From Bradyrhizobiaceae bacterium PARB1 (lineage in GTDB: Bacteria > Pseudomonadota > Alphaproteobacteria > Rhizobiales > Xanthobacteraceae), in the NCBI GenBank assembly GCA_002256345.1, contig NKIY01000004.1, positions 15,876-79,875 on the forward strand: DNA of 64,000 bases. Direction: 5' to 3'. Every line of letters begins with the position of its first letter. Position 1 is the stretch's first letter. Made by a program: the position numbers and the translations under genes. Shown one piece after another: positions 38,707 through 48,331 of the stretch. Under the pieces are notes generated by a model. That model searched no databases, was not told the DNA's origin, and saw nothing but the letters and a program-made list of their open reading frames with translations.

Positions 38707-38828
38707 GTAGCCCGCATGGAGCGCAGCGCAATGCGGGGACAGCGTTTCAACAATGTCGACATCCCCGGATTACGCGGAGTTTATCATCGGGCGCGCTATG
38801 CGCGACCCGTTGGCTTCATCCGGGCTAC
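38707..38828. repeat. Intergenic palindromic repeat, family 'GTAGCCCGGATGGAGCGCAGCGCAATCCGGG'
   Basis: Paired inverted halves. Related copies at 40106-40137 and 43944-44032. Confidence 0.65.
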
Positions 38829-38835
38829 AAAACTG

Positions 38836-39306
38836 CTACCCCGCCTTCCCCACGAATTGCAGAACCACCTCCCGCGCATGCGGCCGGGCGCGGTGCTCGA
38901 TAAGATAGATCGCCTGCCACGTGCCGAGCGCCATGCGGCCAGCCAGCACCGGCACATGCAGCGACGTGGCCGTCAGCATGGTTCGCACATGAGCCGGCAT
39001 GTCGTCAGGTCCCTCGGTGTCATGCGTCCAGGCGAAATCCTGCGGCGCCAGCCGGTCGAGCGTGGTCATGAGATCGGTCAGCACCGATGGATCGGCATTC
39101 TCCTGGATCGTCAGCGACGCCGATGTGTGACGGATGAACAGCGTGAGCGCGCCATCGCGTGCAAAAATGTCCGCGAGAAATTTCGCGACCTCGCGCGTCA
39201 GATCGACGAATCCGGCCCCCGACGTGTGCACTGTCAAAACCGACGTGGCCACTGTGTCGGCGGTGACGGACTTGGGGGTACTGCGGGTGATCGATCGAGC
39301 TGTCAT
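38836..39306 (-). CDS. YjbQ/UPF0047 family protein (secondary thiamine-phosphate synthase-like)
   Basis: ...LTLFIRHTSASLTIQENADPSV...DDMPAHVRTMLT...LGTWQAIYLIEH... are hallmark YjbQ motifs. Confidence 0.8.
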   Translation of the reverse strand: MTARSITRSTPKSVTADTVATSVLTVHTSGAGFVDLTREVAKFLADIFARDGALTLFIRHTSASLTIQENADPSVLTDLMTTLDRLAPQDFAWTHDTEGPDDMPAHVRTMLTATSLHVPVLAGRMALGTWQAIYLIEHRARPHAREVVLQFVGKAG

Positions 39307-39323
39307 CGCTGCAGCATAGCCGA

Positions 39324-39560
39324 TCAATCGCGCTCGTGCATTGCATCCGATGCGGCGACATCGGCGCGATGCACCTCGTCTCCGGCCTCGTCACGCACCG
39401 AGATCGCGTAATCCTTGTCGCGCAGTTCAGGCCGGATTTTGTAGATGTCCCGCGCCAGCTTGTCGGCCACGCGGATCGCGACACCTGTGTCGCGCAGCAG
39501 TTGTCCGGCCACGTCGGGCACGGTCTTGCCGTCAATCAGGTCAAAATAATATCGAGGCAT
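39324..39560 (-). CDS. Small hypothetical protein (DUF6894-like)
   Basis: MPRYYFDLIDGKTVPDVAGQLLRD...; the ATG at 39560 is preceded by GGAGC. Confidence 0.55.
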   Translation of the reverse strand: MPRYYFDLIDGKTVPDVAGQLLRDTGVAIRVADKLARDIYKIRPELRDKDYAISVRDEAGDEVHRADVAASDAMHERD

Positions 39561-39613
39561 CCAAAGCTCCTTATGATCACGCAATTCAGGGAGCGTCGCT
39601 GCAAATGAAGCGC

Positions 39614-40093
39614 TTAAATCCTGCCGCCGTAATCGCGCTGCAGCCGTCCCGCCATCTCGACCAATCGCCGCCACGCATTTTCGACGGTGCTCATCATGCG
39701 ATCCATATCGCGATCGCTCGGCAGCGGAATCTCGATCTTGCGCTCGCCGTCGCTCTTCGGCTTGAGTGGCGCGTCGGCGCTCTTGCCTGTCGCGGCGCCA
39801 TTCTGCGCAGCAAGCTGAGTCTTCAGCGCTTCATTCTCTTTTTGCAGCCTCCCGATTTCCGTGTCGAACGCCGCCCGCTCGTCAGGCACGACATAGCAGG
39901 CCCAGCCACTGCCTTTATCGGTGCAGGTGGAAACGGTGCCGGTGCGCGTATCGAGGCGCACCACACCATCCTTCACCGCCGACAAAGTGTAGCGACCGTT
40001 CTCGCTATCGGGCATCGATTGCGCAGAGGCGCCGACGATGCCGAGAAGCGAGATCGCACAGAAGAGAGACACGGCATGTTGAGTTCTCATCAT
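39614..40093 (-). CDS. Secreted hypothetical protein with a central coiled-coil segment
   Basis: Signal peptide MMRTQHAVSLFCAISLLGIVGASAQS. Heptad-like EIGRLQKENEALKTQLAAQ. Confidence 0.6.
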   Translation of the reverse strand: MMRTQHAVSLFCAISLLGIVGASAQSMPDSENGRYTLSAVKDGVVRLDTRTGTVSTCTDKGSGWACYVVPDERAAFDTEIGRLQKENEALKTQLAAQNGAATGKSADAPLKPKSDGERKIEIPLPSDRDMDRMMSTVENAWRRLVEMAGRLQRDYGGRI

Positions 40094-40105
40094 ATGCTCC
40101 GCTGC

Positions 40106-40137
40106 GTAGCCCGGATGGAGCGAAGCGCAATCCGGGC
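40106..40137. repeat. Single half-copy of the 'GTAGCCCGGATGGAGCG.AGCGCAATCCGGG' repeat
   Basis: Sequence identity with the 38707 and 43944 copies. Confidence 0.6.
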
Positions 40138-40145
40138 AACAGATG

Positions 40146-40766
40146 TTAGGGCTGCCTGTAAGCCGCGCGTCCTGACTTCAACGCATCACCGAGAAGTTCG
40201 ATCCGGTCCTGGCCCCAGAACACTTCGCCATCCAGCACATAGGCGGGCGAGCCGAACACGTCGCTGGCCTGTGCGTCCTTCTGGTTCTGCTCATACTTCG
40301 CCGTGATCTCCGCCGAGGGCGAACGTTCGACGAGTTGCTTGCCGGGTAGTCCGGCTTCGTCGGCGAGGCGCACCAGCACGGCGCCGTCACCGACATTTTC
40401 CTCGTTCTCCCAAGCCGCCGGAAAAGCCAGGCGCAGGAAGGGATCCGGATCGAGCCCAGCTTCCAGCGCGGCGAGCACAACGCCATCGGCCAGCCGACCA
40501 TCGAACGGCCAGTTCTTCGGCTTCAAATGAAAGTTGAGCCCGCGCTTCTCGCGCCAGCGCTGCAATTCGAGGAAACGATAGCGCTGCCGCACCGGATGCC
40601 GCTTGCCGAGCGGCAGGCCGCCGGTCTCAGCGAACAGTTCGCCTAGGAAAACCGGCTTGTAATTGACCTTGAGATCGTAGGTTTTCACGAGCTCCATGAA
40701 GGGTTTGTGGCCAATATAGGCCCAGGGCGACGGCAGCGAGAAATAGTAGTCGATGGATCGGGACAT
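40146..40766 (-). CDS. 2-hydroxychromene-2-carboxylate isomerase family (DsbA-like) protein
   Basis: MSRSIDYYFSLPSPWAYIG...GSPAYVLDGEVFWGQDRIELL is typical of the family. The track start at 40859 runs through a palindromic repeat. Confidence 0.78.
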   Translation of the reverse strand: MSRSIDYYFSLPSPWAYIGHKPFMELVKTYDLKVNYKPVFLGELFAETGGLPLGKRHPVRQRYRFLELQRWREKRGLNFHLKPKNWPFDGRLADGVVLAALEAGLDPDPFLRLAFPAAWENEENVGDGAVLVRLADEAGLPGKQLVERSPSAEITAKYEQNQKDAQASDVFGSPAYVLDGEVFWGQDRIELLGDALKSGRAAYRQP

Positions 40767-40781
40767 AAAGGCTCCGGCAAT

Positions 40782-40819
40782 CTGTAGGGTGGGCAAAGCG
40801 CAGCGTGCCCACCCTACAG
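40782..40819. repeat. Perfect 14-bp-stem hairpin CTGTAGGGTGGGCA-N10-TGCCCACCCTACAG
   Basis: Seen directly. Intergenic, next to further REP-like sequence. Confidence 0.6.
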
Positions 40820-40854
40820 GGGGATGAAGCCTCTGCAACCGTGATAGGCCAGCC

Positions 40855-41040
40855 ATCACCCTCCGCCCTCATGGTGAGGAGGCCTAGCGGCGCAATTGCG
40901 CCGCTGAGAGCGCCGTCTCGAACCATGACTCGCGGGACTCCTGAGCGTGCGGCCATCCCCAGCGAATGGCTTCGCCATTGGCAAGGAGACGCGCGCAAGA
41001 GCGCCCTCCTCAGGATGAGAGACCGAGACTGAGGACGCAT
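40855..41040. repeat. REP-like composite palindromic element (approximate bounds)
   Basis: Arms CCTCATGGTGAGGAGG... and ...CCTCCTCAGGATGAGAGACCGAG. The 14-mer GATGAGAGACCGAG recurs at ~41708. Confidence 0.4.
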
Positions 41041-41164
41041 TCAACCGGCTCGCCCTAGATCATGTTGAAAGTCGCTCCCGCGCTGCGTCACCGGCGCGCA
41101 GCGAGATTTGAATTTCGCCAATAAAATCAAATGAATCAAAGCACTAAAGAGCGATCAGCGAATC

Positions 41165-41193
41165 TTGACTTGGCAGAACACGCTAAGTATGGT
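41165..41193 (+). promoter_or_regulatory. Candidate sigma70-type promoter of the F0 atp operon (TTGACT-N17-TATGGT)
   Basis: Hexamers and 17-nt spacing seen ~70 nt upstream of the atpI start. No experimental support. Confidence 0.35.
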
Positions 41194-41261
41194 CCGCGCG
41201 GCTTTAGAGGGCGACGGGGCGTTATTTTCCGGGAATTGCAGCGTTTTTCGGGTGTCGGAAT

Positions 41262-41636
41262 ATGAGTGACGGCACGAAAAAAAACAGCGGCGATCAGGGA
41301 AACGGCAGCTCACCCGACCCCGATGAGGCTGCGCTTTCCGCACGGCTCGGAAGCCTCAATGATCGACTGTCCAAGACTTTGGGCGATCGCAAATTGCAGG
41401 CTGATCAGTCCGATACTGGAAGCGGGAACGCGCAAGCCAGGGCATCCGCCATGGCCGTGGGTCTCCGCCTCTCTTCGGAATTGGTCGCGGGCGTCGTCGT
41501 GGGGACGATCCTGGGGTGGGTCTTCGATCGTTTGCTGTCGACATCGCCTTGGGGGCTGATCGTGTTCATGCTGCTCGGCTTCGTTGCCGGCGTCATGAAT
41601 GTGATGCGGTCGGCCGGCGTCGGGAAGAAGAGTTAA
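41262..41636 (+). CDS. atpI: ATP synthase protein I (AtpI/AtpZ-like)
   Basis: 124 aa, hydrophilic N-terminus then two TM helices (LVAGVVVGTILGWVFD...GLIVFMLLGFVAGVMNV). First gene of the F0 operon. Confidence 0.75.
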   Translation: MSDGTKKNSGDQGNGSSPDPDEAALSARLGSLNDRLSKTLGDRKLQADQSDTGSGNAQARASAMAVGLRLSSELVAGVVVGTILGWVFDRLLSTSPWGLIVFMLLGFVAGVMNVMRSAGVGKKS

Positions 41637-41728
41637 GTTTCGTGCGCCTCGCGGCGCAGTACGTCGATTGCCGGGCTCCCCGGCGGGGAAACGCCGGGCG
41701 ATCCGGCTGAGATGAGAGACCGAGCTGG

Positions 41729-42478
41729 ATGGCCGATCCGATCCACCAATTTGAGATCCACAAGATCTTCACCCTGGGCCATATCGGCAACCAGGAAATC
41801 GCCTTCACCAATTCCTCGGCCTACATGTTCGGCGCCGTCGCCGTCGTGTCGATCCTGATGCTCGGCGGCAGCGCCGGCCGTCACCTGATCCCGACTCGCT
41901 TCCAGTCGATGGCGGAGCTGTCCTACGAATTCGTCGCCAATACGCTGAAAAGCAGTATCGGCGACGAGGGCATGCGGTTCTTCCCGCTCGTCTTCTCGCT
42001 CTTCATGTTCATCCTCACAGCGAACATGATCGGCATCGTCCCCTACACCTTCACCACCACCAGCCACCTGATCGTCACGGTCGCGCTGGCGCTGCTGGTT
42101 TTCCTCACGGTGTTCATCTACGGCCTCTACAAGAACGGCCTGAAATTCTTCAAGCTCTTCGTCCCGCACGGCATTCCGATCTACATTTTGCCGCTGATCA
42201 TGGTGATCGAAGTCATCTCCTTCCTCTCCCGTCCGGTTTCGCATTCGGTCCGTCTGTTCGCCAACATGCTGGCCGGCCACATCACCCTGAAGGTGTTCGC
42301 GGGCTTCGTGACCTCGCTCAGCGCGCTCGGTGCCGTCGGCGCCGCCGGTGCGCTGCTGCCGCTGGCCATGACCACGGCGCTGACCGGCCTCGAACTGCTC
42401 GTTGCCTTCCTGCAGGCCTACGTCTTCACGATCCTGACCTGCATTTATCTCAACGACGCCCTTCACCCCGGCCACTAA
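41729..42478 (+). CDS. atpB: F0F1 ATP synthase subunit a
   Basis: 249 aa with the conserved ...[14 protein letters not shown]... motif (essential Arg). Confidence 0.93.
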   Translation: MADPIHQFEIHKIFTLGHIGNQEIAFTNSSAYMFGAVAVVSILMLGGSAGRHLIPTRFQSMAELSYEFVANTLKSSIGDEGMRFFPLVFSLFMFILTANMIGIVPYTFTTTSHLIVTVALALLVFLTVFIYGLYKNGLKFFKLFVPHGIPIYILPLIMVIEVISFLSRPVSHSVRLFANMLAGHITLKVFAGFVTSLSALGAVGAAGALLPLAMTTALTGLELLVAFLQAYVFTILTCIYLNDALHPGH

Positions 42479-42544
42479 GGCCGGGCGCGAAATCCACCCT
42501 CAACCGACTTTCCCAAATCTACCTATCCAAGAAGGAGTTTTACC

Positions 42545-42772
42545 ATGGATCCCATCGCAGCTAAGTACATCGGCGCCGGTATCGCTTGCCTCGGCATGGG
42601 CGGCGCAGGCATCGGCGTCGGCATGATCTTCTCGCAGTTCCTGAACGGCGCGCTGCGCAATCCGTCGGCTTCGCAGGGCCAGTTCGCCAACCTGATCTTC
42701 GGCTTCGCCGTGACCGAAGCGCTCGGCATCTTCTCGCTGCTGATCGCGCTGCTGCTGCTGTTCGCCGTCTAA
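42545..42772 (+). CDS. atpE: F0F1 ATP synthase subunit c
   Basis: 75 aa hairpin with GxGxGxG ([10 protein letters not shown]) and the carboxylate in [10 protein letters not shown]. Confidence 0.93.
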   Translation: MDPIAAKYIGAGIACLGMGGAGIGVGMIFSQFLNGALRNPSASQGQFANLIFGFAVTEALGIFSLLIALLLLFAV

Positions 42773-42840
42773 GCTGAACCTGATCAGACTGCGCGTCCTC
42801 GATCGTCGGGGGCGCGCATTCGATCGAAAAGGAGACTGCT

Positions 42841-43383
42841 GTGGCGCAAGGTCAGAGCACATCCCATACCCAGGCCGATGGCGGGCACAAGGCTTCGTTC
42901 CCGCCCTTCGAGAGCAGCACCTTCGCTTCGCAGCTGGTGTCGCTCACGATCGCTTTCGGCCTGCTCTATCTGATCGTCTCGCGTCTGGCGCTGCCGCGCG
43001 TCGGCGGCATTCTCGCCGCCCGCAAGCAGGTTCTCGACACCGATCTGGCTGAAGCTGCCAAGCTGAAGGCCGATTCCGACGCCGCACTGAAGTCTTACGA
43101 GACCGAACTCGCCAATGCCCGCGCCAAGGCGCAGGCCATGGCCAGCGAAGTCCGCGAGAAGCTCAATGCGGAGCAGGATGCGGCCAAGGCCAAGCTGGAA
43201 GAAAGCCTCAATGCCAAGCTGGCATCGGCGGAGCAGACCATCGCTTCGACCCGTGCGTCGGCCATGAGCAATGTCCGCGGCATCGCTTCCGATACGGCCT
43301 CCGCCATCGTCGAACGCCTCACCGGCGTCACGCCGGATGCAGGCGCCGTCAACGCCGCGCTCGACGCGTCGCTGAAAGGATAA
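42841..43383 (+). CDS. atpF: F0F1 ATP synthase subunit b'
   Basis: GTG start, single N-terminal TM helix, then a long Ala/Lys/Glu-rich helix. First of two tandem b-type genes, as in alphaproteobacteria. Confidence 0.85.
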   Translation: MAQGQSTSHTQADGGHKASFPPFESSTFASQLVSLTIAFGLLYLIVSRLALPRVGGILAARKQVLDTDLAEAAKLKADSDAALKSYETELANARAKAQAMASEVREKLNAEQDAAKAKLEESLNAKLASAEQTIASTRASAMSNVRGIASDTASAIVERLTGVTPDAGAVNAALDASLKG

Positions 43384-43386
43384 ACG

Positions 43387-43875
43387 ATGTTCGGTTTGGA
43401 AGCTGAATTCTGGGTTGCCGTAGCGTTCTTTCTGCTGCTCGCGCTGTTCGGTTATATGGGCGTTCACCGCACCATCCTGACCGCGCTCGATCATCGCCGC
43501 GACCGCATCAAGCAGGATCTCGACGATGCTCGTCGCCTGCGCGATGAGGCCGCTGCTTTGCTCGCGGACTACAAGAAGCGTCATGCTTCGGCGGAACGCG
43601 AAGCGCAGGACATCATCACCTCTGCCAAGGAAGATGCCGAGCGCATCGCCGCCGAAGCCAAGGTGAAGATGGAAGACTTCGTTGCCCGTCGTACCAAGGC
43701 TGCTGAAGCGAAGATCGCGATGGCGGAAGCCCAGGCTCTCGCTGACGTACGCGCCGCCGCTGCCGAAGCCGCCGTGACGGCCGCCACGCAGGTGCTGTCG
43801 AACTCGGTCAAGGGTTCGGTGGCCGACAGCCTGATCGACAAGGGCATCGGCGAAGTTCGCGCGAAGCTGAACTGA
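43387..43875 (+). CDS. atpF: F0F1 ATP synthase subunit b
   Basis: 162 aa, N-terminal TM ([18 protein letters not shown]) plus a charged coiled helix. Confidence 0.88.
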   Translation: MFGLEAEFWVAVAFFLLLALFGYMGVHRTILTALDHRRDRIKQDLDDARRLRDEAAALLADYKKRHASAEREAQDIITSAKEDAERIAAEAKVKMEDFVARRTKAAEAKIAMAEAQALADVRAAAAEAAVTAATQVLSNSVKGSVADSLIDKGIGEVRAKLN

Positions 43876-43893
43876 GCGAAGCGATATCAAAAC

Positions 43894-43932
43894 AAAAGCC
43901 GGCGCGAGATCATCGCGCCGGCTTTTTTGTTT
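43894..43932 (+). terminator. Rho-independent terminator after the atp F0 operon
   Basis: GCCGGCGCGA-GATCA-TCGCGCCGGC followed by TTTTTTGTTTG. Confidence 0.8.
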
Positions 43933-43943
43933 GTCCCGAAATC

Positions 43944-44032
43944 GTAGCCCGGATGGAGCGCAGCGCAATCCGGGGACCGGCGAAATGCCGAAGCTCTTGT
44001 CCCTGGATTTCGCTTCGCTCCATCCAGGCTAC
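43944..44032. repeat. Intergenic palindromic repeat (same family as 38707-38828)
   Basis: GTAGCCCGGATGGAGCGCAGCGCAATCCGGGG...GGATTTCGCTTCGCTCCATCCAGGCTAC. Confidence 0.65.
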
Positions 44033-44040
44033 AAGAGCCC

Positions 44041-44733
44041 TTACCGCCGCTTGCGCGACGCCGGCTGCGGCTTCAAGGCCTGCGGATCGAAGCCGATATA
44101 GAAGACGTAGGAGTCATTCGCGACCGCATTTGGCGCGGGATAGCTGAAATCCTCACCGACCAGGCTGTATTCGACGCTGGTCTGGCCGCCCATCGACACC
44201 GCCGTCGTGAACACCTTGGTCGCGATCGGCTTTGGATTGACGCCCTCCTGCACCACTGCCACGCGGATCGGCACCTCCACCGTGTCCGGCGCGCCGGCCG
44301 GCCCGACGATGACACGGCCCTGGATGCCGATCTTGACCGACACCTGGCCGTTAGTGAGATCGCATGACCGCGCTGTGCGCGTAATGGTCGCCTGATAGGC
44401 GAGATCGTTGCCCACCGCCGGCTTACCCTGCGCCCCTACCGCATAGGTCGCCGCGCCTGGGCGGATGCTAACCATCGGGCAGGTGAGTTCGCTATCCGCG
44501 CCGCCGGATGTCGCCGCTTGGGTAGCCTGCGGGCCGCCGACTTCGCTCGATTTGCCGGAGAACAGCTGGGTGAATCGGTCGCCGAAGGATGGACTGCTGC
44601 TGCCGCTCGACGAGCTGCCGCCGAACATGGCGCCTCCCCCGCAATTGGCGAGAAACAGGCTCGAAACGGTGACAAAAAGCACGTTTTTCAGCACGCGAAA
44701 ATCGTGCGCGGGCTTGCGACCGAATTGTGGCAT
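44041..44733 (-). CDS. Hypothetical lipoprotein
   Basis: Lipobox LFLANC, followed by a Gly/Ser-rich linker and a beta-rich domain. Confidence 0.65.
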   Translation of the reverse strand: MPQFGRKPAHDFRVLKNVLFVTVSSLFLANCGGGAMFGGSSSSGSSSPSFGDRFTQLFSGKSSEVGGPQATQAATSGGADSELTCPMVSIRPGAATYAVGAQGKPAVGNDLAYQATITRTARSCDLTNGQVSVKIGIQGRVIVGPAGAPDTVEVPIRVAVVQEGVNPKPIATKVFTTAVSMGGQTSVEYSLVGEDFSYPAPNAVANDSYVFYIGFDPQALKPQPASRKRR

Positions 44734-44874
44734 AATGAGAATATCCCCGGATCGTCAGATAGTTAGCGCCGCCTCACCCCCAAGGTCGTGCGCGGGCGTT
44801 ATAGCAGGCGACTTGCGGCAAACCAAAGGCCGTTGAGGCCGCAGGGCGGCATCACAGCGCAATTCTTGCGATAG

Positions 44875-45498
44875 CTAGCCCCGGAAGTCCTCGTGCAGCA
44901 TTCCGAACAACAGGTGATCCTGCCAGACCCCATTGATGCAAAGATACCTCCGCGCCAGGCCCTCGCGGGTGAAACCGCATTTTTCCAACACCCGCACCGA
45001 CGGCGTATTGGTGGGAATGCAAGCAGCCTCAATGCGATGCAGGCTGAGCTCACCGAACAAGGTCGGCAGCAAAACCCGCAGCGCCGTGGTCATCATGCCC
45101 TGCCCGGTGAACTGCTGACCGACCCAGTAGCCGATGGTCCCGGCCTGCACGATGCCGCGCCGGACATTGGCCAGCGTGATGCCGCCGACCAGCGTGTCGT
45201 CTGATTCGCGAAATACCAGAAAGGGATAGGCGCGATCCGCCGAGATATCCTCGGCGTAGCGCCGCAGCCGCCGGCGAAAGCCCGAACGTGTGAGATCGTC
45301 GGACGGCCAGATCGGCTCCCATGGCGTGAGATAGGCACGGCTCCGCTCGCGCAGATCGGCCCATTGCGGAAAGTCCCCCATCACAGGCGCACGCAACGAC
45401 AGCCCATAGCCGCGCGGCGCAAGCGCAGCCGGCGCACTCATGGGGAGTCGAAACAGAGCCATAGGATCGGTCTCCGACGGAGCAGAACGAGGCAGCAT
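44875..45498 (-). CDS. GNAT family N-acetyltransferase (RimJ/RimL-like)
   Basis: ...GYWVGQQFTGQGMMTTALRVLL...LHRIEAACIPTNTPSVRVLEKCGFTREG... Start overlaps the M16 peptidase stop. Confidence 0.8.
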   Translation of the reverse strand: MLPRSAPSETDPMALFRLPMSAPAALAPRGYGLSLRAPVMGDFPQWADLRERSRAYLTPWEPIWPSDDLTRSGFRRRLRRYAEDISADRAYPFLVFRESDDTLVGGITLANVRRGIVQAGTIGYWVGQQFTGQGMMTTALRVLLPTLFGELSLHRIEAACIPTNTPSVRVLEKCGFTREGLARRYLCINGVWQDHLLFGMLHEDFRG

Positions 45499-46787
45499 CA
45501 GTGCAGCAGCGTCTTGTCCCGCACGCCGGTCAATCCTTCCGCAAAAGCCACCGCCGTGTCCAGCCCCCGGCCACCGCCGAGCGCCGCGACAGCCGGCCGG
45601 CTGCGCGTCAGCAGGCTGCGCGCGGCGTCGCGGGCAGACTCCACACTGACCTCATCGATGCGCTTGATGAGCTCTTCCGCCGTCAGCGGGCGACCGTAAG
45701 CAAGCATATGGCGCGCGAGCTGTTCGGCGCGCGAACTGCAGCTTTCCAGCGCCATCAAGAGACCCGCCTTCATCTGCGCCTTGGCGCGGGCGATCTCGGC
45801 TTCCGTCAGCGTCTCCACGGATTCGCGGATGACGTCGACGATGACTTCCATCATCTCCGGTGCATCGTTCGGATCGGTGCCGGTATAGAGGCCGAAGAAG
45901 CCGGTGTCGCTGTAGGGCGCGTGGAAGGAATAGATCGAGTAGCACAGGCCGCGCTTCTCACGCACTTCCTGGAACAGCCGCGAGGACATGCCGCCGCCGA
46001 GGATGTTCGTGAACACCTGCAGGCTGAACAGCTCGGGATGGGCTTGCGGCAGCCCTTCCAGCGCCAGCGTCAGATGTGCCTGTTCGAGGTCGCGATGCAC
46101 GACCTTGGAGCCCCCCTTGCCGAACGACGCCACCTGCGGCTTCGGTCCAGCCGAACCTTCGAAGCTGCTGAAACGCTTGTGCGCCTGATCGACGATCTGG
46201 CGATGATTCACGGCACCGGCCGCAGCGATCACCATATCCGGTCCGCGATAATGCGTCGTCAGATAGGTCTGCAGCATGTCGCGATCGAAGCCCTTGAGGG
46301 TCTTCGCCGTGCCAAGCAATGAGCGCCCCATAGGCTGATCGGGATAGCAGAGCTCGTTGAGATGCTCGAACACCACATCGTCCGGCGTGTCTTGCGCCGC
46401 GCCGATCTCCTGCACGATCACGCTCTTCTCGCGCTCGAGTTCTTCCGGCTCGAAGGTGGGATTGGCCAGGATGTCGCTGAGAACTTCGAGGCCGAGCGGC
46501 ACGTCGGCCTTTAGCACGCGCGCATAATAGGCCGTTGTCTCGGTCGAGGTCGCCGCATTGAGATCACCGCCGACGGCCTCGATCTCCTCGACGATCTGGC
46601 GCGACGAGCGTGTCTTGGTGCCCTTGAAGGCCATATGTTCGAGCAGGTGCGAGATGCCATGCTCGTTCGGCCGTTCGTCGCGACCGCCGACGCCCGCCCA
46701 GACGCCGAGCGCCGCCGTTTCGAGATGCGGCATGGAATCGGTGACGACGGTGAGGCCCGAGGGCAGCTTCGTGACTTCGACGGCCAT
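45498..46787 (-). CDS. M16 family zinc peptidase (pitrilysin/processing-peptidase-like)
   Basis: Inverted zinc motif HLLEHMAFKGT. 429 aa. Translationally coupled to thrC. Confidence 0.88.
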   Translation of the reverse strand: MAVEVTKLPSGLTVVTDSMPHLETAALGVWAGVGGRDERPNEHGISHLLEHMAFKGTKTRSSRQIVEEIEAVGGDLNAATSTETTAYYARVLKADVPLGLEVLSDILANPTFEPEELEREKSVIVQEIGAAQDTPDDVVFEHLNELCYPDQPMGRSLLGTAKTLKGFDRDMLQTYLTTHYRGPDMVIAAAGAVNHRQIVDQAHKRFSSFEGSAGPKPQVASFGKGGSKVVHRDLEQAHLTLALEGLPQAHPELFSLQVFTNILGGGMSSRLFQEVREKRGLCYSIYSFHAPYSDTGFFGLYTGTDPNDAPEMMEVIVDVIRESVETLTEAEIARAKAQMKAGLLMALESCSSRAEQLARHMLAYGRPLTAEELIKRIDEVSVESARDAARSLLTRSRPAVAALGGGRGLDTAVAFAEGLTGVRDKTLLH

Positions 46788-48214
46788 CAGGCAACTCCCT
46801 GCTTCGCAGCGCGGCTGACCGACAGCACGAATTGCTCGATGTCGCTCTGGTCGTTCTTCATTACCTTGATCTGTTCAACCTTGGTCATCAGCTCGCCGAG
46901 ATAGGCCGGCAGATCCGGCCGCTTGCCACAGGCGGCTTCAACAGCATCGGGAAATTTCGCCGCGTGCGCGGTGGAGAGCACGATGTTCGGCAGATGCAAT
47001 TCGGTGGTGTCGCGATCGGCTACTGCCAGCGCCACTGCGGTGTGCGGGTCGATCAGATCGCCGCTCTCGCGCCAGGCGGTGCGAATGGTCGCAGCGGTCT
47101 CGTCCTCATCGGCGCGGCCGGATTCGAAATCGGCGCGGATGGCTGTAAGTAATTTCTCCGGCAGCACGAAACGACCGGATTGCTTGAGCGAATCCATCAG
47201 CCCACGCACCAGCGCAGCATCGCGGCCGGAAGCTTCGAACAGCAGACGTTCGAAATTCGACGAGACCTGGATGTCCATGGACGGCGACGACGACGCATGA
47301 ACCTCGCGCACCTCATAGATGCCGGTCTTCAGCGTGCGATCGAGGATGTCGTTGACATTGGCGGCGACACGCAGCTTGCGCACCGGCAGCCCCATACGCT
47401 TGGCCACGTAGCCCGCAAAAATGTCGCCGAAATTGCCGGTCGGCACGGTGAAGTCCACGGCGCGCGACGGCGAGCCGACAGCAACCGCCGATGTGAAATA
47501 ATAGACGACCTGCGCAACGATGCGCGCCCAGTTGATCGAGTTCACGCCAGAAAGCGAGACGGCGTCGCGGAATCCGTGATTGTTGAACAGGCCCTTCACG
47601 ATGGCCTGGCAGTCATCGAAGTGACCTTCGACGGCCAGCGCGTGAACGTTCGATGCACCCGTCGTGGTCATCATCCGGCGTTGGACATCCGAGATGCGGC
47701 CATTCGGGAACAACACCACGAGATCGACATTGTCGCGGCCTGCAAAAGCATCGACAGCCGCGCCGCCTGTGTCGCCGGAGGTGGCGACGACGATGGTGGT
47801 GCGCTGATTGCGCTTGGCCAACACGTGGTCCATCAGACGCGCGATGAGCTGCATCGCCACATCCTTGAAAGCCAGCGTCGGGCCATGGAAGAGTTCCAGC
47901 ACGAACTGGTTCGGCGCACTCTGGTCGAGCGGCACCACGGCGGGATGCCGGAAGGTGGCATAAGCCTCATTGGCCATGCGGCCGAGATCCTCGTCGGAAA
48001 TCTCGCCAGCCACGAAGGGGCGGATCACCTCGACAGCGACCTCCCAATAGGGCCGGCCGAACAGCGACGCGATGGTGTCCGCGGAGAGCTGGGGCCAGAC
48101 CTCGGGAATGTAGAGACCGCCGTCCCGGGCAAGCCCGGTCAGCATGACATCGCAGAAGCCGAGTTTCGGGGCCTCACCCCGCGTCGAGATATAGGTCGTC
48201 AAGGCGTCCTCCAA
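46787..48214 (-). CDS. thrC: Threonine synthase
   Basis: 475 aa with full-length similarity to long-form ThrC (…FHGPTLAFKDVAMQ…, PLP lysine). Confidence 0.9.
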   Translation of the reverse strand: MEDALTTYISTRGEAPKLGFCDVMLTGLARDGGLYIPEVWPQLSADTIASLFGRPYWEVAVEVIRPFVAGEISDEDLGRMANEAYATFRHPAVVPLDQSAPNQFVLELFHGPTLAFKDVAMQLIARLMDHVLAKRNQRTTIVVATSGDTGGAAVDAFAGRDNVDLVVLFPNGRISDVQRRMMTTTGASNVHALAVEGHFDDCQAIVKGLFNNHGFRDAVSLSGVNSINWARIVAQVVYYFTSAVAVGSPSRAVDFTVPTGNFGDIFAGYVAKRMGLPVRKLRVAANVNDILDRTLKTGIYEVREVHASSSPSMDIQVSSNFERLLFEASGRDAALVRGLMDSLKQSGRFVLPEKLLTAIRADFESGRADEDETAATIRTAWRESGDLIDPHTAVALAVADRDTTELHLPNIVLSTAHAAKFPDAVEAACGKRPDLPAYLGELMTKVEQIKVMKNDQSDIEQFVLSVSRAAKQGVA

Positions 48215-48331
48215 AGGCGCGGGCTTCCCGCCAAGCCTTTGATCTGAAAGAGGTTAACACTTCGGGCCGGATGGAACGAAGGCGCACCATAAGCTTTTTG
48301 GGCGAATGGGGAAACCGCCATTCTGGGCCGT

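Noticed and set aside
41262-43875. The atp operon contains only F0 genes (I, a, c, b', b), with no F1 genes following. This could look like a truncated or novel N-type ATPase.
   Set aside because: Split F0/F1 operons with duplicated b/b' subunits are the normal arrangement in alphaproteobacteria. The subunits look like canonical F-type, not N-ATPase (no atpR/atpQ).
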